From positions 1 through 61,965 of the forward strand of contig CANFVB010000001.1 of NCBI GenBank assembly GCA_947450355.1: a stretch of DNA of 61,965 bases, given 5' to 3'. The stretch comes from Bacteroidota bacterium (GTDB lineage Bacteria > Bacteroidota > Bacteroidia > Flavobacteriales > Flavobacteriaceae). This document shows positions 1 through 10,034 of this stretch, one piece after another; within the stretch, counting starts at the first letter, position 1; each line of letters opens with the position of its first letter. Made by a program: the position numbers and the translations under genes. The notes beneath the pieces were generated by a model. The model did not search any database. It saw only the letters and a program-made list of their open reading frames with translations, and was not told the DNA's origin.

Positions 1-408
1 GAAGAAAAAGGTTATCCAACACCAATTTGCGAATCGAAAGAAGTGACAGATGAAAATTACGACGCTGCCATACATTATATGATTGAAAACATTGATAGAA
101 TGTCCATTTTTGCTGGAACTCACAATGAATTATCATCTTATAAATTGATGGAATTTATGCAAGAACGCAACATTGACAAAAAAGATCAAAGAATTTGGTT
201 TGGACAATTGTACGGAATGAGCGATAATATCAGTTATAATTTGGCTGCAAATGGCTACAATAATGCCAAATATTTACCTTTTGGACCAGTTCGTGATGTG
301 ATGCCGTATTTAATTCGTCGAGCGGAAGAAAATACTTCAGTTGCGGGACAAACCAGTAGAGAATTAAAGTTGATTAAAGCGGAACGAGACAGAAGAAAAG
401 GGAAGTAA
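1..408 (+). CDS. Proline dehydrogenase family protein, C-terminal part (gene starts before the window)
   Basis: Frame open from base 1; PRODH motifs GTHN, FGQLYGM, KYLPFG, YLIRRAEEN. Confidence 0.9.
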   Translation, partial: EEKGYPTPICESKEVTDENYDAAIHYMIENIDRMSIFAGTHNELSSYKLMEFMQERNIDKKDQRIWFGQLYGMSDNISYNLAANGYNNAKYLPFGPVRDVMPYLIRRAEENTSVAGQTSRELKLIKAERDRRKGK

Positions 409-409
409 A

Positions 410-922
410 TTAATTCAAACTTCCCAATGTTTTATGGATTTTTCTTTTGTGGTGCGTTTGTCGTAGATTTTTATCCCCAGAAATAATACTGATATTTCCA
501 TCAATTTCTAACATGGCCAATTTTACATCCTTGAAATTTTCAACGCCATGTTCCCGCATTGCTTCTCGCAATTCATCCGAAGTTATATTTAAAGAACTCA
601 ATGTTTTAAATTCTAAAAATCCGTTATGAATTAAAATTTCTGGCTTTTCCTGAATAAAGTCGCTGAATTTCTTGGATTTAAACATTAGCTTTTTCAAAAT
701 ATAGTTGATAGCAAACAAAACCGTTGCAGCCGCCAAACCACCGTAAAGACTGGTGTCGTTTCCAACCATTGCGTTCTGAACAGCATTACTAATCAGTAAA
801 ATCAGAATTACATCGGCGGTATTGAGTTGTGAAAGTTCTTTTTTACCAAAAATCCGTAAGGCAATCATCATAAAAAAATAGACTGCCGCACTTCTTAAAA
901 TAACGTCTAAAAATGAATTCAT
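410..922 (-). CDS. DUF421/YetF-family membrane protein
   Basis: Three N-terminal TM segments (LRIFGKKELSQL), then C-terminal LxEAMRxxG...AMLEIDGNISI motif. Confidence 0.85.
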   Translation of the reverse strand: MNSFLDVILRSAAVYFFMMIALRIFGKKELSQLNTADVILILLISNAVQNAMVGNDTSLYGGLAAATVLFAINYILKKLMFKSKKFSDFIQEKPEILIHNGFLEFKTLSSLNITSDELREAMREHGVENFKDVKLAMLEIDGNISIISGDKNLRQTHHKRKIHKTLGSLN

Positions 923-930
923 TTATAATG

Positions 931-1055
931 ATTTTATTGGTCTTTAACATACTTTAATTCGATACCTTTTTAGTGCATCTCGCTTAACTTTCTAATTTTT
1001 TTCGCCACAGATTCACAGATTATAAATAAAAAATTTGCGAATTTGCGGTAAAATT
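931..1055. repeat. Dispersed REP/MITE-like element, copy 1 (homologous to 46252..46383)
   Basis: Shares ATTTTATTGGTCT..AGTGCAT..GCCACAGATTCAC blocks, in the same order, with the copy near 46.3 kb; ends in a degenerate hairpin. Confidence 0.65.
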
Positions 1056-1065
1056 AAAAATCCTA

Positions 1066-2439
1066 CTATAATTTGTGTTTGAAATTCTTCTCAATTGCCA
1101 AAATCATTTCGCCAGCAATATCTTTATTTGTAGCGCCTTCAATGCCTTCAAGACCTGGCGACGAATTCACTTCTAACAATAAAGGACCTTTTGCCGAACG
1201 AATAATGTCAACACCTGCCACTTTCAAATCCATAGCTTTTGTCGCTTTAATGGCGATTCGCTTTTCTTCGGCAGTAACTTTTATGATTGATGCCGTTCCG
1301 CCCAAATGAATGTTGGCTCTAAATTCTCCCGGCATCGCTTCGCGTTGAATTGCCGCAACAACTTTTCCATCAATTACAAAACAGCGAATGTCTTTTCCGT
1401 TGGCTTCCTTAATAAATTCCTGAACTAATATATTGGCATTTAAACTTTTGAAAGCATTAATTACACTTTCTGCTGCCTTTTTTGTTTCTGCCAAAACAAC
1501 CCCTTTTCCTTGCGTTCCTTCCAATAATTTTACAATTAATGGTGGACCACCAACCATTTTTATCAAATCATTCGTATCCAAAGGCGAATTTGCAAAACCC
1601 GTCGTTGGAATATCAACACCGTGATTCAATAGCAATTGCAACGAATACAATTTATCACGAGATTGCGTAATCGCCGCAGCCGAATTCAAACAATATACTT
1701 TCAAAGCCTCAAATTGACGCGTCAACGCACAGCCATAAAAAGTAATACTCGGACGAATTCTCGGAATAATAGCATCAAAATCATTCAAAATTCTACCGCC
1801 ACGATAATGAATTTCTGGAGTCGTCGCATCAAGTTTCATATAACATTCCTTGATATTCAAAAAGTGCATTTCGTGCCCACGCATTTCCCCAGCTTCCATA
1901 ATTCGCTTGTTGGAATACAATTCTTTGTTGCTCGCCAACAAACCAATTCGAAGTCCAGTAACCGCTTTTTCAGATGTTTTATACAGATTTTTCAGAATAT
2001 CAGAAGTAGGTTCACCCAATAAATATTTTTGCTCAGGATCCACAAGAACCCGACCGCTCATCGCCTCACGCCCCAAAAGCATTCGGAAACCCATAGAATC
2101 TCGATTGGTCAAAGTAATTTCAATCGCCCATTTTTTACCGCCAATTTCAAGTTCCGACCCAATCACGTAGCGTTGTTCCCTAAAACCACTCGAACTTTTC
2201 ACAATTCTTTTATCCACCAATTTCGATTCGCAATGAATAACAGTTTTCACATTATTCTGAATCGGATTGATGTCAAATTTCACCCAATTTTCCCCTTCTT
2301 TAATAAAAGGAGCAATATTTATGGCGTGCAATGCCGATGTTTTTGCACCAGAATCAACACGCGCTTTAATCGTGGGAATCCCTAATATTGGGAACGAACA
2401 CCATTCTTCACTACCAACGATAACTTTTTCTTGTAACAT
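1066..2439 (-). CDS. rimK: RimK ATP-grasp ligase fused to an N-terminal RimK-associated retropepsin-like domain
   Basis: N-terminal ARVDSGA and [12 protein letters not shown]; C-terminal [36 protein letters not shown]. Start moved to ATG 2439 (MLQEK). Confidence 0.9.
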   Translation of the reverse strand: MLQEKVIVGSEEWCSFPILGIPTIKARVDSGAKTSALHAINIAPFIKEGENWVKFDINPIQNNVKTVIHCESKLVDKRIVKSSSGFREQRYVIGSELEIGGKKWAIEITLTNRDSMGFRMLLGREAMSGRVLVDPEQKYLLGEPTSDILKNLYKTSEKAVTGLRIGLLASNKELYSNKRIMEAGEMRGHEMHFLNIKECYMKLDATTPEIHYRGGRILNDFDAIIPRIRPSITFYGCALTRQFEALKVYCLNSAAAITQSRDKLYSLQLLLNHGVDIPTTGFANSPLDTNDLIKMVGGPPLIVKLLEGTQGKGVVLAETKKAAESVINAFKSLNANILVQEFIKEANGKDIRCFVIDGKVVAAIQREAMPGEFRANIHLGGTASIIKVTAEEKRIAIKATKAMDLKVAGVDIIRSAKGPLLLEVNSSPGLEGIEGATNKDIAGEMILAIEKNFKHKL

Positions 2440-2604
2440 ATATACTGTATAAATTGAGAAATCTAATATTTTCCAAATGTATATATTTGTTTTAATATAA
2501 ACACTCAAATTACTCAGATATTATATTATTTCACGGCAAATAACCACTACTTCAAATAGGAATTATTTGGAGCGAATTGTTCTCTTGTATTTAGAATTGT
2601 AATT

Positions 2605-2662
2605 CCCGCTTTCCATTACAATCTGCGCTAAAAAGCGCAGGATTTCCATTGCAATCGGGGCT
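2605..2662. repeat. REP-like palindromic element
   Basis: CCCG...CGGG outer arms, inner CTGCGCT-AAAA-AGCGCAG hairpin; core CAATCT..GGATTTCC related to the reverse complement of 4731..4836. Confidence 0.55.
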
Positions 2663-2956
2663 AATTGATTATTCATATTCTTGTTTTTATATTTTGGCTT
2701 TTTAAAAAATTATTCTGAATAATTTATATTAAATACATGTAATTGAAGTTTTATAAAATATATGAATTATCGGTAAAAAGGAAGAATACTTGTGATTTTA
2801 TTTTTTGTTTAACGTATCTTGAGTTAAGTCGGTTTGTATTAATTTCATAAAAACCTTACAAATAAAAGTAATCACATTAAAAAAAAAAGGTTGAATCATT
2901 TTTTTTTAAAAAAATATGATTACTTTTACTTAATATTAACTTAATTTTCAATTTCT

Positions 2957-3943
2957 ATGAAAAAACTTTTACTTTCAATCTCTTTATTAGTTGTTGCTTA
3001 TACTCAAGCACAGAACATTTACAATTATGGTTTTGTTTCCCCAACAGCTACAATGACATCTACTGATGGTTGGGCTAGAACAAATCAAAGTACATCACCA
3101 TCAACTACGGCTCTTTGGTCGGTATCAAGTTATGCAGTTGTTGCTTCTGTAAGTACTACTACTCCGGCAAATGCATTTCAAGATCAGGTTTATGCAAATG
3201 GTCAATCTTGCCCAATCCCAAATGGTCAAGATGGTGCTCCAAATTCTTTTGCTTTGGTTAATTACGCAAGTACATCAAGTACTCTAACAACTGGAGCTAC
3301 AATTAGTAACTGGTTAATTTCTCCAAATATTACTGTTCAAAACGGTGATGTAGTAACATTCTATACTCGTAAAGGTACAAGCGGAACAACTGATTATGCA
3401 GATCGTTTGGAATTAAGAATGAGTACAGCTCCTGCTACAAATCCATCAGGTGGAGCCACTAATACAGGAAGTTTTTCAACTTTATGTACATCTGTAAATC
3501 CCGATTTGTTAACTGGATTTGTTTATTCTAAAGTATGGACACAATATTCATATACTGTAACTGGTTTAACAGCTGCTACTGATGTGAAATTTGCTTTCAG
3601 ATATTTTGTTACTGATGCGGGAACAAATGGAGCTAATTCAGATATTATTGGTATAGATACTTTTTCTGTAGATAGAGCATTAGCATCAACAGAAAGTTTC
3701 TTTAAAAATAATTTGTCAATTTATCCAAATCCAACAAAAGGTATCCTTAATATTAATAGCGATACGAATGTAACTATTAACAATGCGGTTCTTACAGATT
3801 TAAATGGTAGAATCATCAAAAGTGTAAATTTAACCGGTGTAAATAATCCAACGATTGATATTACAGATGTAAATACAGGTATTTATTTCATAAAAGTAAC
3901 AACTGATCAAGGAGTTGGAACTTCTAAAGTGATTAAAAATTAA
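2957..3943 (+). CDS. T9SS type A cargo, choice-of-anchor-J/cleaved-adhesin-like domain
   Basis: Signal peptide ending AQ; TISNWLISP, YADRLELRMS, FAFRYFVT, IIGIDT; C-terminal domain YPNP...GIYFIKV...KVIKN. Confidence 0.85.
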   Translation: MKKLLLSISLLVVAYTQAQNIYNYGFVSPTATMTSTDGWARTNQSTSPSTTALWSVSSYAVVASVSTTTPANAFQDQVYANGQSCPIPNGQDGAPNSFALVNYASTSSTLTTGATISNWLISPNITVQNGDVVTFYTRKGTSGTTDYADRLELRMSTAPATNPSGGATNTGSFSTLCTSVNPDLLTGFVYSKVWTQYSYTVTGLTAATDVKFAFRYFVTDAGTNGANSDIIGIDTFSVDRALASTESFFKNNLSIYPNPTKGILNINSDTNVTINNAVLTDLNGRIIKSVNLTGVNNPTIDITDVNTGIYFIKVTTDQGVGTSKVIKN

Positions 3944-3998
3944 GTATTGATATCGCTTATTTTAAGTACGCACTGATTATTTTTTAAATAAATACACT

Positions 3999-4029
3999 AA
4001 AAGAGCAACCTATCAGTTGCTCTTTTTTT
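3999..4029 (+). terminator. Intrinsic terminator
   Basis: AAAAGAGCAAC-CTATCA-GTTGCTCTTTTTTT downstream of the T9SS gene. Confidence 0.8.
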
Positions 4030-4053
4030 GTTTGTATAAATTATATTGTAATA

Positions 4054-4273
4054 GAAACATTGTCGCCCGAAAAAATAATGTACAGTCCCCACGGAACAAA
4101 AATCAACTTCATAACTATCTATTTACTAACATATAATCTCTTCGAGATATACTCCGATAGGAGTTAAATATTGGTAGAATAATAAGAAGTGTTCCCTGTA
4201 AAAATGTCCCGTAGGGACTATACTTGTTGGGGTCGACTTATATTATATGCTTTTTGTCGGACAACAATGTTTC
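4054..4273. mobile_element. MITE-like element with imperfect terminal inverted repeats and internal REP-like hairpins
   Basis: Left end GAAACATTGTCGCCCGAAAAAA; reverse complement of right end GAAACATTGTTGTCCGACAAAAA; internal hairpins ACTCC-GATA-GGAGT and GTCCC-GTA-GGGAC. Confidence 0.5.
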
Positions 4274-4326
4274 AGAAATTGAAAAAGCCTTTTTCAAATT
4301 TATTTGTTTGAGTTCAGAAAAGGGTC

Positions 4327-4673
4327 ATCCGACCTGCCGACGATTGATTTCTCTTCGGATACTGAGTATCCAACCCGCCGACGATTGATTTCTCCTCGGA
4401 TACTGAGTATCCGACCTGCCGACGATTGATTTCTCCTCGGATGACCCTCATCCGACCTGCCGACAATCGTTTTCTGCTCAGATACTCAGTATCCGACCTG
4501 CCGACAATCGTTTTCTTGTCAGATACTCAGTATCCGACCTGCCGACGATCGTTTTCTGCTCAGATACTCAGTATCCGACCTGCCGACAATCGTTTTCTGC
4601 TCAGATACTGAGTATCCGACCTGCCGACGATCGTTTTCTTGTCAGATACTGAGTATCCAACCTGTCGACGATT
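4327..4673. repeat. 41-bp tandem repeat, about 8.5 units
   Basis: ATCC(G/A)ACC unit starts at 4327, 4368, 4409, 4450, 4491, 4532, 4573, 4614, 4655; most junctions carry the palindrome GATACT-(G/C)-AGTATC. Confidence 0.95.
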
Positions 4674-4730
4674 GTTGTGAGGAAATGGATTTTTGGTTAT
4701 TTGGTAAATCGGTAAATCTTAAATCTTAAA

Positions 4731-4836
4731 TCGGGGTTTGCGCGAAGGATAGCAGCGGAAATCCTTTGTGGAACGAAGTGGAACAAAGATTGGAGCGAAT
4801 AGCCTGACCCGAATTTTTCGAGGGTCGCGCCCAAAT
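4731..4836. repeat. GC-rich multi-hairpin REP-like intergenic element
   Basis: GC-rich island with hairpin GACCC-GAATTTTTCGA-GGGTC; its end GGGTCGCGCCCAAAT recurs reversed as TTTGGGCGCGCCCTCG at 9861. Confidence 0.55.
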
Positions 4837-4870
4837 AAAAAAAAAACGCCTTCATTTCTGAAAGCGTTTT
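4836..4870 (-). terminator. Intrinsic terminator of the TonB-receptor gene
   Basis: A-tract + CGCCTTCA-TTTC-TGAAAGCG; near-identical hairpin at about 46215..46242. Confidence 0.7.
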
Positions 4871-4900
4871 GAGTGTGTTTGAATTAATAATTGCATTGTA

Positions 4901-7345
4901 TTATCCTTGGAAATCATCTCCATTTTCACCACCTTTTTGTGGTTTGCTGCGCTCTTCTTTTTTCTTATTGAATCGATAAGTGAAGGATAGCGTGATTAAT
5001 CGGGTGCTTCGTTGCATTTCTGTGTAGGAATTGAGCACATTTGTAATGTTGGTGTCAAACATTCTTTTTCGAGAATTGAAAACGTCTTGAACATTTAATG
5101 CAATGGTTCCTTTGTCTTTAAATACGTCTTTGCTGAAGCCTAAATTGGCGCCTACAACTCCCAATGTTTTTCCTTGAGCATTGTTTTCAGGACCATTATA
5201 GGTTACGTTGGTTTGCCAATCAATTTTGTAAGGCAAGGTGACTTTTGACGTTAATCGGGTGAACCATGATGATGCTGCGTTATCGAAATTTTGAGTAATA
5301 ACTACGTTTTGGGTATTGGTATAGGAGAAATCTCCTTGTGTTTGGTATTTGTAGAAGTTGAAATTACTGTTTAATTTCCACCACTTATATGGGGAATAAT
5401 TTAAGGTAAATTCAAATCCGTAACGGTATTCTGTAGCCAAATTTATTGGTGTCATTAAAATAACGGGAGTTCCGTTTACAAAATCGCCACTTTCACGACG
5501 GATAAATTGAAAGGAATCGGTTGTTTTATTCGCATACATTGAGGTATTGAAAGTCAGTTTGTCCCAACGTCTTAAGTACCCAAAATCAATTGCATCTGTA
5601 AATGCTGGTTTCAAATTTGGATTTCCTTTAAAGATATTTATGTTACTTGAATAGCTTGAAAATGGGTTTATTTGACGTCCTCTTGGTCTTGAAATTCTTT
5701 TGCTATAACTCAAAGAAATGCTACTTTGATCGGAAAGTTCGTAGGTTACAAAGGCACTCGGGAAGAAATTACTGTATTTTTGAGTATTAAATTCATTGGT
5801 TACCAACTGGTTGATTTGAATTTTTGAATTCTCCCAACGCAATCCAAATAAGAAAGAAAATTTGTTGACTTTAGTACCAAATTGGGAATACAAAGCATTT
5901 ATATTTTCTCTGTAATCAAGGATATTGGTGTATTGTGCGTTTGGTGTATAATTTCCTCCAGCATCAAAAGCACCAACTTTATAATCGGTAATTAATTTAT
6001 TAAAGTCGCCTTTGTAGCCAAATTCAAACTGATTTGCTTTTCCAAAAGGAAGTACATAATCGGATTGAATTGTGTTTCGATTTTGCTTTTGTTCGTTGCT
6101 TGTTTTCTCAGTAATTGAACTAGTGATAATAGAATAATCATTATCGCTGTCTTTAGAAAACGCACCGTCAATTGTGAATTTATGTCCGTCTCTCTTGAAT
6201 TTTTTCGTAAAATTAGTTGTGTATTCAGCATCCAAACTATTACTCAATTGATCGTTAAAACGGTAATTGGTATTGGTGTAAATATGGTTTACATCGAAAT
6301 TTGTGTAGGAAATAGTTTCGGGATTTCCACCGTCATTTCTCCTAAGATTCATCGCGTTTGACCAAGTTGTGGTTTTGTCGATGTATAAATCAATACCAAA
6401 ATTAGAATTATAACCTTTACTTAAACGCTCGTTATTTCTTAATTCGTTAATGTAATTTCGAGTGGAACCATTTGGATTTAAATATTCGGTATTGAATAAA
6501 AAATGTCCTGGATTGGTTCTATAATTGTATCCCGTTGTGGTGAAAACATTAAAATTTTCCGATTTGAAATTTACATTCCCTGAAAGTCCGTAATTTTCTG
6601 GGTTTCCACCTGAGGCAATCACCGTTCCGTTAAGTCCTTTATTTTTTCCTTTTTTCAGTATAATATTCAAAAGTCCACCGCCACCTTCAGAATCGTAACG
6701 AGCAGAAGGATTGGTTACAACTTCAACTTTATCGATGGCATCGGCAGGAATTTGACGTAAAGCTTCAGCAATATTGATGGCATTGGATGGTTTTCCGTCT
6801 ATTAATATCCTAACATTTGCATTTCCTCTAAGGCTTACAATTCCGTCTGAATCTACAGAAACAGAAGGAATATTATCCAAAACATCGCTTACGGTTCCTC
6901 CTTTTACCATTAAATCGGAACCTACATTATATACTTTTTTGTCGAGTTTAATTTCAACCGTAGTTTTTTCAGAACGAATCACGACTTCATTCAATTGATT
7001 GGCATCTTCATCAAGTGCAATTTGCCCTAAATTCGTACTTTCCTTAAGACTTTGTTGTTTAAGTTCAGTTGCTTTGAACGAGATAAATTCGATTTTCACA
7101 TCATAACTTCCTGCGTTAATTTCAATATCAAATTCTCCTTTGGCATTTGTAATACCTCCAAAAATAGCTTTAGGATTTCTATTGTTTATAAAGGTTACCG
7201 TAGCATATTCTAATGCTTGCTTGCTCACTTTTTCGATTACAGTTCCCGAAATTTTAACTTTTTTGACTTCGGGTCTCGTTTGTCCGAAAGTCAAAATTGA
7301 AACCGAAAAAAGTAATAAAGAAAATGCTGTTTTTAAATTTTTCAT
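4901..7345 (-). CDS. TonB-dependent receptor / outer-membrane beta-barrel protein
   Basis: Signal peptide, CarboxypepD_reg-like N-domain, plug (DVLDNIPSV, IDKVEVVTNPSARYD), barrel ending LSFTYRF plus a short tail. Confidence 0.9.
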   Translation of the reverse strand: MKNLKTAFSLLLFSVSILTFGQTRPEVKKVKISGTVIEKVSKQALEYATVTFINNRNPKAIFGGITNAKGEFDIEINAGSYDVKIEFISFKATELKQQSLKESTNLGQIALDEDANQLNEVVIRSEKTTVEIKLDKKVYNVGSDLMVKGGTVSDVLDNIPSVSVDSDGIVSLRGNANVRILIDGKPSNAINIAEALRQIPADAIDKVEVVTNPSARYDSEGGGGLLNIILKKGKNKGLNGTVIASGGNPENYGLSGNVNFKSENFNVFTTTGYNYRTNPGHFLFNTEYLNPNGSTRNYINELRNNERLSKGYNSNFGIDLYIDKTTTWSNAMNLRRNDGGNPETISYTNFDVNHIYTNTNYRFNDQLSNSLDAEYTTNFTKKFKRDGHKFTIDGAFSKDSDNDYSIITSSITEKTSNEQKQNRNTIQSDYVLPFGKANQFEFGYKGDFNKLITDYKVGAFDAGGNYTPNAQYTNILDYRENINALYSQFGTKVNKFSFLFGLRWENSKIQINQLVTNEFNTQKYSNFFPSAFVTYELSDQSSISLSYSKRISRPRGRQINPFSSYSSNINIFKGNPNLKPAFTDAIDFGYLRRWDKLTFNTSMYANKTTDSFQFIRRESGDFVNGTPVILMTPINLATEYRYGFEFTLNYSPYKWWKLNSNFNFYKYQTQGDFSYTNTQNVVITQNFDNAASSWFTRLTSKVTLPYKIDWQTNVTYNGPENNAQGKTLGVVGANLGFSKDVFKDKGTIALNVQDVFNSRKRMFDTNITNVLNSYTEMQRSTRLITLSFTYRFNKKKEERSKPQKGGENGDDFQG

Positions 7346-7429
7346 ACAATTATATTGTGTTTTATATAAGACTGCAAAAGTAAAACTTGGTTTAGGCTTG
7401 GCTTCACAAAGGTTTGTTAAATTAAATTA

Positions 7430-7771
7430 TTAAAGAATTTCTGATGTTTTTTCAATAGGTCTTGCTATAATTGCTTTATTTCCATTGACTACAATTGGTC
7501 TTTCAATCAGAATTGGGTTTAAAACCATTATTTGAATCAGTTCTTTAGCTGTAAACTCCTTGTTTTTGAAATTTTCAAGCCATAGTTTTTCTTTTTTACG
7601 AATCAATTCTAGTGGATTTATTCCTAATTTGCTAATAAGTGCTTCTAATTCTTCAAAAGTAGGTGGTGTTTCCAAATATTTTATTATTTCAAATTCCACA
7701 TCTGAATGTTCTAATAAACGTAAACATTCTCTTGATTTTGAACACCTTGAATTATGGTAAATTTGTATCAT
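7430..7771 (-). CDS. arsC: ArsC/Spx-family arsenate reductase-like protein
   Basis: IYHNSRCSKSR, LIERPIV, ARP motifs; start set to ATG 7771. Confidence 0.8.
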   Translation of the reverse strand: MIQIYHNSRCSKSRECLRLLEHSDVEFEIIKYLETPPTFEELEALISKLGINPLELIRKKEKLWLENFKNKEFTAKELIQIMVLNPILIERPIVVNGNKAIIARPIEKTSEIL

Positions 7772-7858
7772 TATTGTTTTAGAATTAATTTTTCGCAAAG
7801 TAATTGATTTATACTTAAAATAATAGTTAAATTGGCTAACAAATTAAATTTCAATTTT

Positions 7859-8782
7859 ATGTTTATTGAACAAGCGTACAAAGGCAATAATACGTGGTGG
7901 CGAGTAGTGATTACAGCGCTTTTGACGACAGGAATTTTCATTGGAAATTTCATAATGTACTTTATGATGTCCGACAAACAAATGAAAGCAGCGTATGATT
8001 TGATGAAAGATATTCCAAATAATTTGAGTTTAGTAATCAATTTATTGCCCTTTGTTTTCCTATTGGGAATGCTTTTTTTGTTGGTTTATTTTTTAAATGA
8101 ACGAAACGTGATAACGCTCACAACATCAAGGGAAAAGGTGGATTTCAAAAGAATACTATTTTCATTTGCATTGATTGTTTTTATTTCAGTTTTAGGATTC
8201 GCAGCTTCTTATTATACAGATAATTCAAATATAATCTGGAATTTTCATCCTGTTAAATTCTTTCTTTTATTGACAATTAGCTTGCTTTTATTCCCTTTTC
8301 AAATTGGTTTAGAAGAATATTTGTTTCGAGGCTATTTGATGCAGCAAATCGGGATTGTTGTTAAAAACAGATGGTTTCCGTTGTTGTTTACGTCGGTTGT
8401 TTTTGGATTATTTCACAGTGCCAATCCTGAAGTTGCTGAAATGGGTTTTGGCGTGATGATTTTTTACATCGGAACAGGACTTTTACTTGGAATTATGACT
8501 TTAATGGATGATAGTTTAGAATTGGCTTTAGGTTTCCATTTAGGTAACAATTTGATGGCTTCACTCTTGCTAACTTCTGATTTTTCAGCCTTACAAACCG
8601 ATGCTTTATTCCGCTATTCTGGAGTTGAAAATACCGCAAATACACTCAATGAAATGATAATTTCCATTGCAATTACCTATCCAATAATCTTATTTATATT
8701 GGCAAAAAAATACAAATGGAGTAATTGGAAAGAAAAATTGACGGGCAAAGTAAGTCCAATTGAATCGGTAATAAACCATTAA
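7859..8782 (+). CDS. CPBP (CAAX/Abi) intramembrane metalloprotease
   Basis: EEYLFRGY, FGLFH, HLGNN motifs; multiple TM segments; start set to ATG 7859. Confidence 0.9.
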   Translation: MFIEQAYKGNNTWWRVVITALLTTGIFIGNFIMYFMMSDKQMKAAYDLMKDIPNNLSLVINLLPFVFLLGMLFLLVYFLNERNVITLTTSREKVDFKRILFSFALIVFISVLGFAASYYTDNSNIIWNFHPVKFFLLLTISLLLFPFQIGLEEYLFRGYLMQQIGIVVKNRWFPLLFTSVVFGLFHSANPEVAEMGFGVMIFYIGTGLLLGIMTLMDDSLELALGFHLGNNLMASLLLTSDFSALQTDALFRYSGVENTANTLNEMIISIAITYPIILFILAKKYKWSNWKEKLTGKVSPIESVINH

Positions 8783-8783
8783 A

Positions 8784-9824
8784 ATGAATAACCAAAATTA
8801 CAATACTGTTCACCCAAATTTCAAATGGAATGGAATTTCTCTTGATAGAGAAAAGCTGCTTCTTGCTGCGCACGATTTAATAAAAGAAGGCGACGATTTT
8901 GAAAGAATTACGGGCGAATTTCTATTGGAATGGTTCAACAAAAAATCTTTTATTACAGTTACATCTTCAGGAACTACTGGTTCTCCCAAGAAAATCAATC
9001 TTGAAAAACAAGCAATGGTTAATTCTGCATTGGCAACAGCTGAATTCTTCGATTTAAAAGCTGGAAATCGGGTTTTGAATTGTTTGTCAACAAATTATAT
9101 TGCGGGTAAATTGATGCTCATTAGAAGTATGATTTTAGGTTTTGAAATGGATTATGTTACGCCAACTTCCAATCCATTGAAAGACAACAGGCATCTTTAC
9201 GATTTTGTTGCTATGGTTCCAATGCAAGTTCAAAACTCGATTTCGGAATTATATAAAGTCAAAAAACTGATTGTTGGCGGTGCAAAAATCAGCGAAACAC
9301 TTCGAGATCAACTTTTAGGATTGCCAACGCAGATTTATGAAACCTACGGAATGACCGAAACAATTACCCATATTGCTGTCAAAGAAATAGGGGAGAAGTC
9401 CTTCTCGGTTTTGCCAAACGTAACAATCTCAACCGATGAAAGAGGCTGTTTGGTAATCGTTGCCCCACGGATTTCCGACACAAATATTGTTACCAATGAT
9501 GTAGTTGAACTGCTTTCTGAAACCCAATTTATCTTGTTGGGAAGAATAGACAATGTCATAAATAGCGGCGGTGTCAAACTATTTCCTGAGCAAATTGAGG
9601 CAAAACTTTCCGATAAAATAAAGGAGCGTTTTTTTGTAATTGGAATTCCTGATGAAAAATTGGGCGAACAAGTACTTCTTGTTATTGAAGGAAAATCAAC
9701 CGTTTTTAATGATTCAGTTTTTGATGATTTAGACGCTTATGAAAAACCAAAAACAATTCGCTTTGTGACGAAATTCATTGAAACCGAAAGCGGAAAAGTT
9801 AGGAGAAAGGAAACGATGCTTTAG
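8784..9824 (+). CDS. menE: AMP-binding enzyme, o-succinylbenzoate-CoA ligase-like
   Basis: TSSGTTGSPK, YGMTET, GRIDNVINSGGVK, ETESGKV; short Flavobacteriaceae-type form. Confidence 0.7.
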   Translation: MNNQNYNTVHPNFKWNGISLDREKLLLAAHDLIKEGDDFERITGEFLLEWFNKKSFITVTSSGTTGSPKKINLEKQAMVNSALATAEFFDLKAGNRVLNCLSTNYIAGKLMLIRSMILGFEMDYVTPTSNPLKDNRHLYDFVAMVPMQVQNSISELYKVKKLIVGGAKISETLRDQLLGLPTQIYETYGMTETITHIAVKEIGEKSFSVLPNVTISTDERGCLVIVAPRISDTNIVTNDVVELLSETQFILLGRIDNVINSGGVKLFPEQIEAKLSDKIKERFFVIGIPDEKLGEQVLLVIEGKSTVFNDSVFDDLDAYEKPKTIRFVTKFIETESGKVRRKETML

Positions 9825-10034
9825 ATTTATTGAATACAATACACAACGAATTTTTTTTTATTTGGGCGCGCCCTCGTTTAAGTTATTGCGATACAGTAGG
9901 CAATCGGTAGTTTGATAAATAATTAGGTATAAAATATTTTTGATAACACCAGCAGATACAGCGAATAGTGGGAAATAGCTCCAAAAAAAAATGACACTCT
10001 TTTGAAATGTCATTTAAATTATTTTGAGAATTTT

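Noticed and set aside
4426-4611. 61-aa ORF in the repeat
   Set aside because: Translation of a 41-bp repeat cycling through frames; TTG start; no coding signal
4327-4673. Possible CRISPR array
   Set aside because: No unique spacers; the whole 41-bp unit repeats, and it does not match the tracrRNA anti-repeat
7859-8782. CPBP/Abi protein as phage defence
   Set aside because: Sits next to a menE-like gene in an ordinary housekeeping context; nothing supports a defence role
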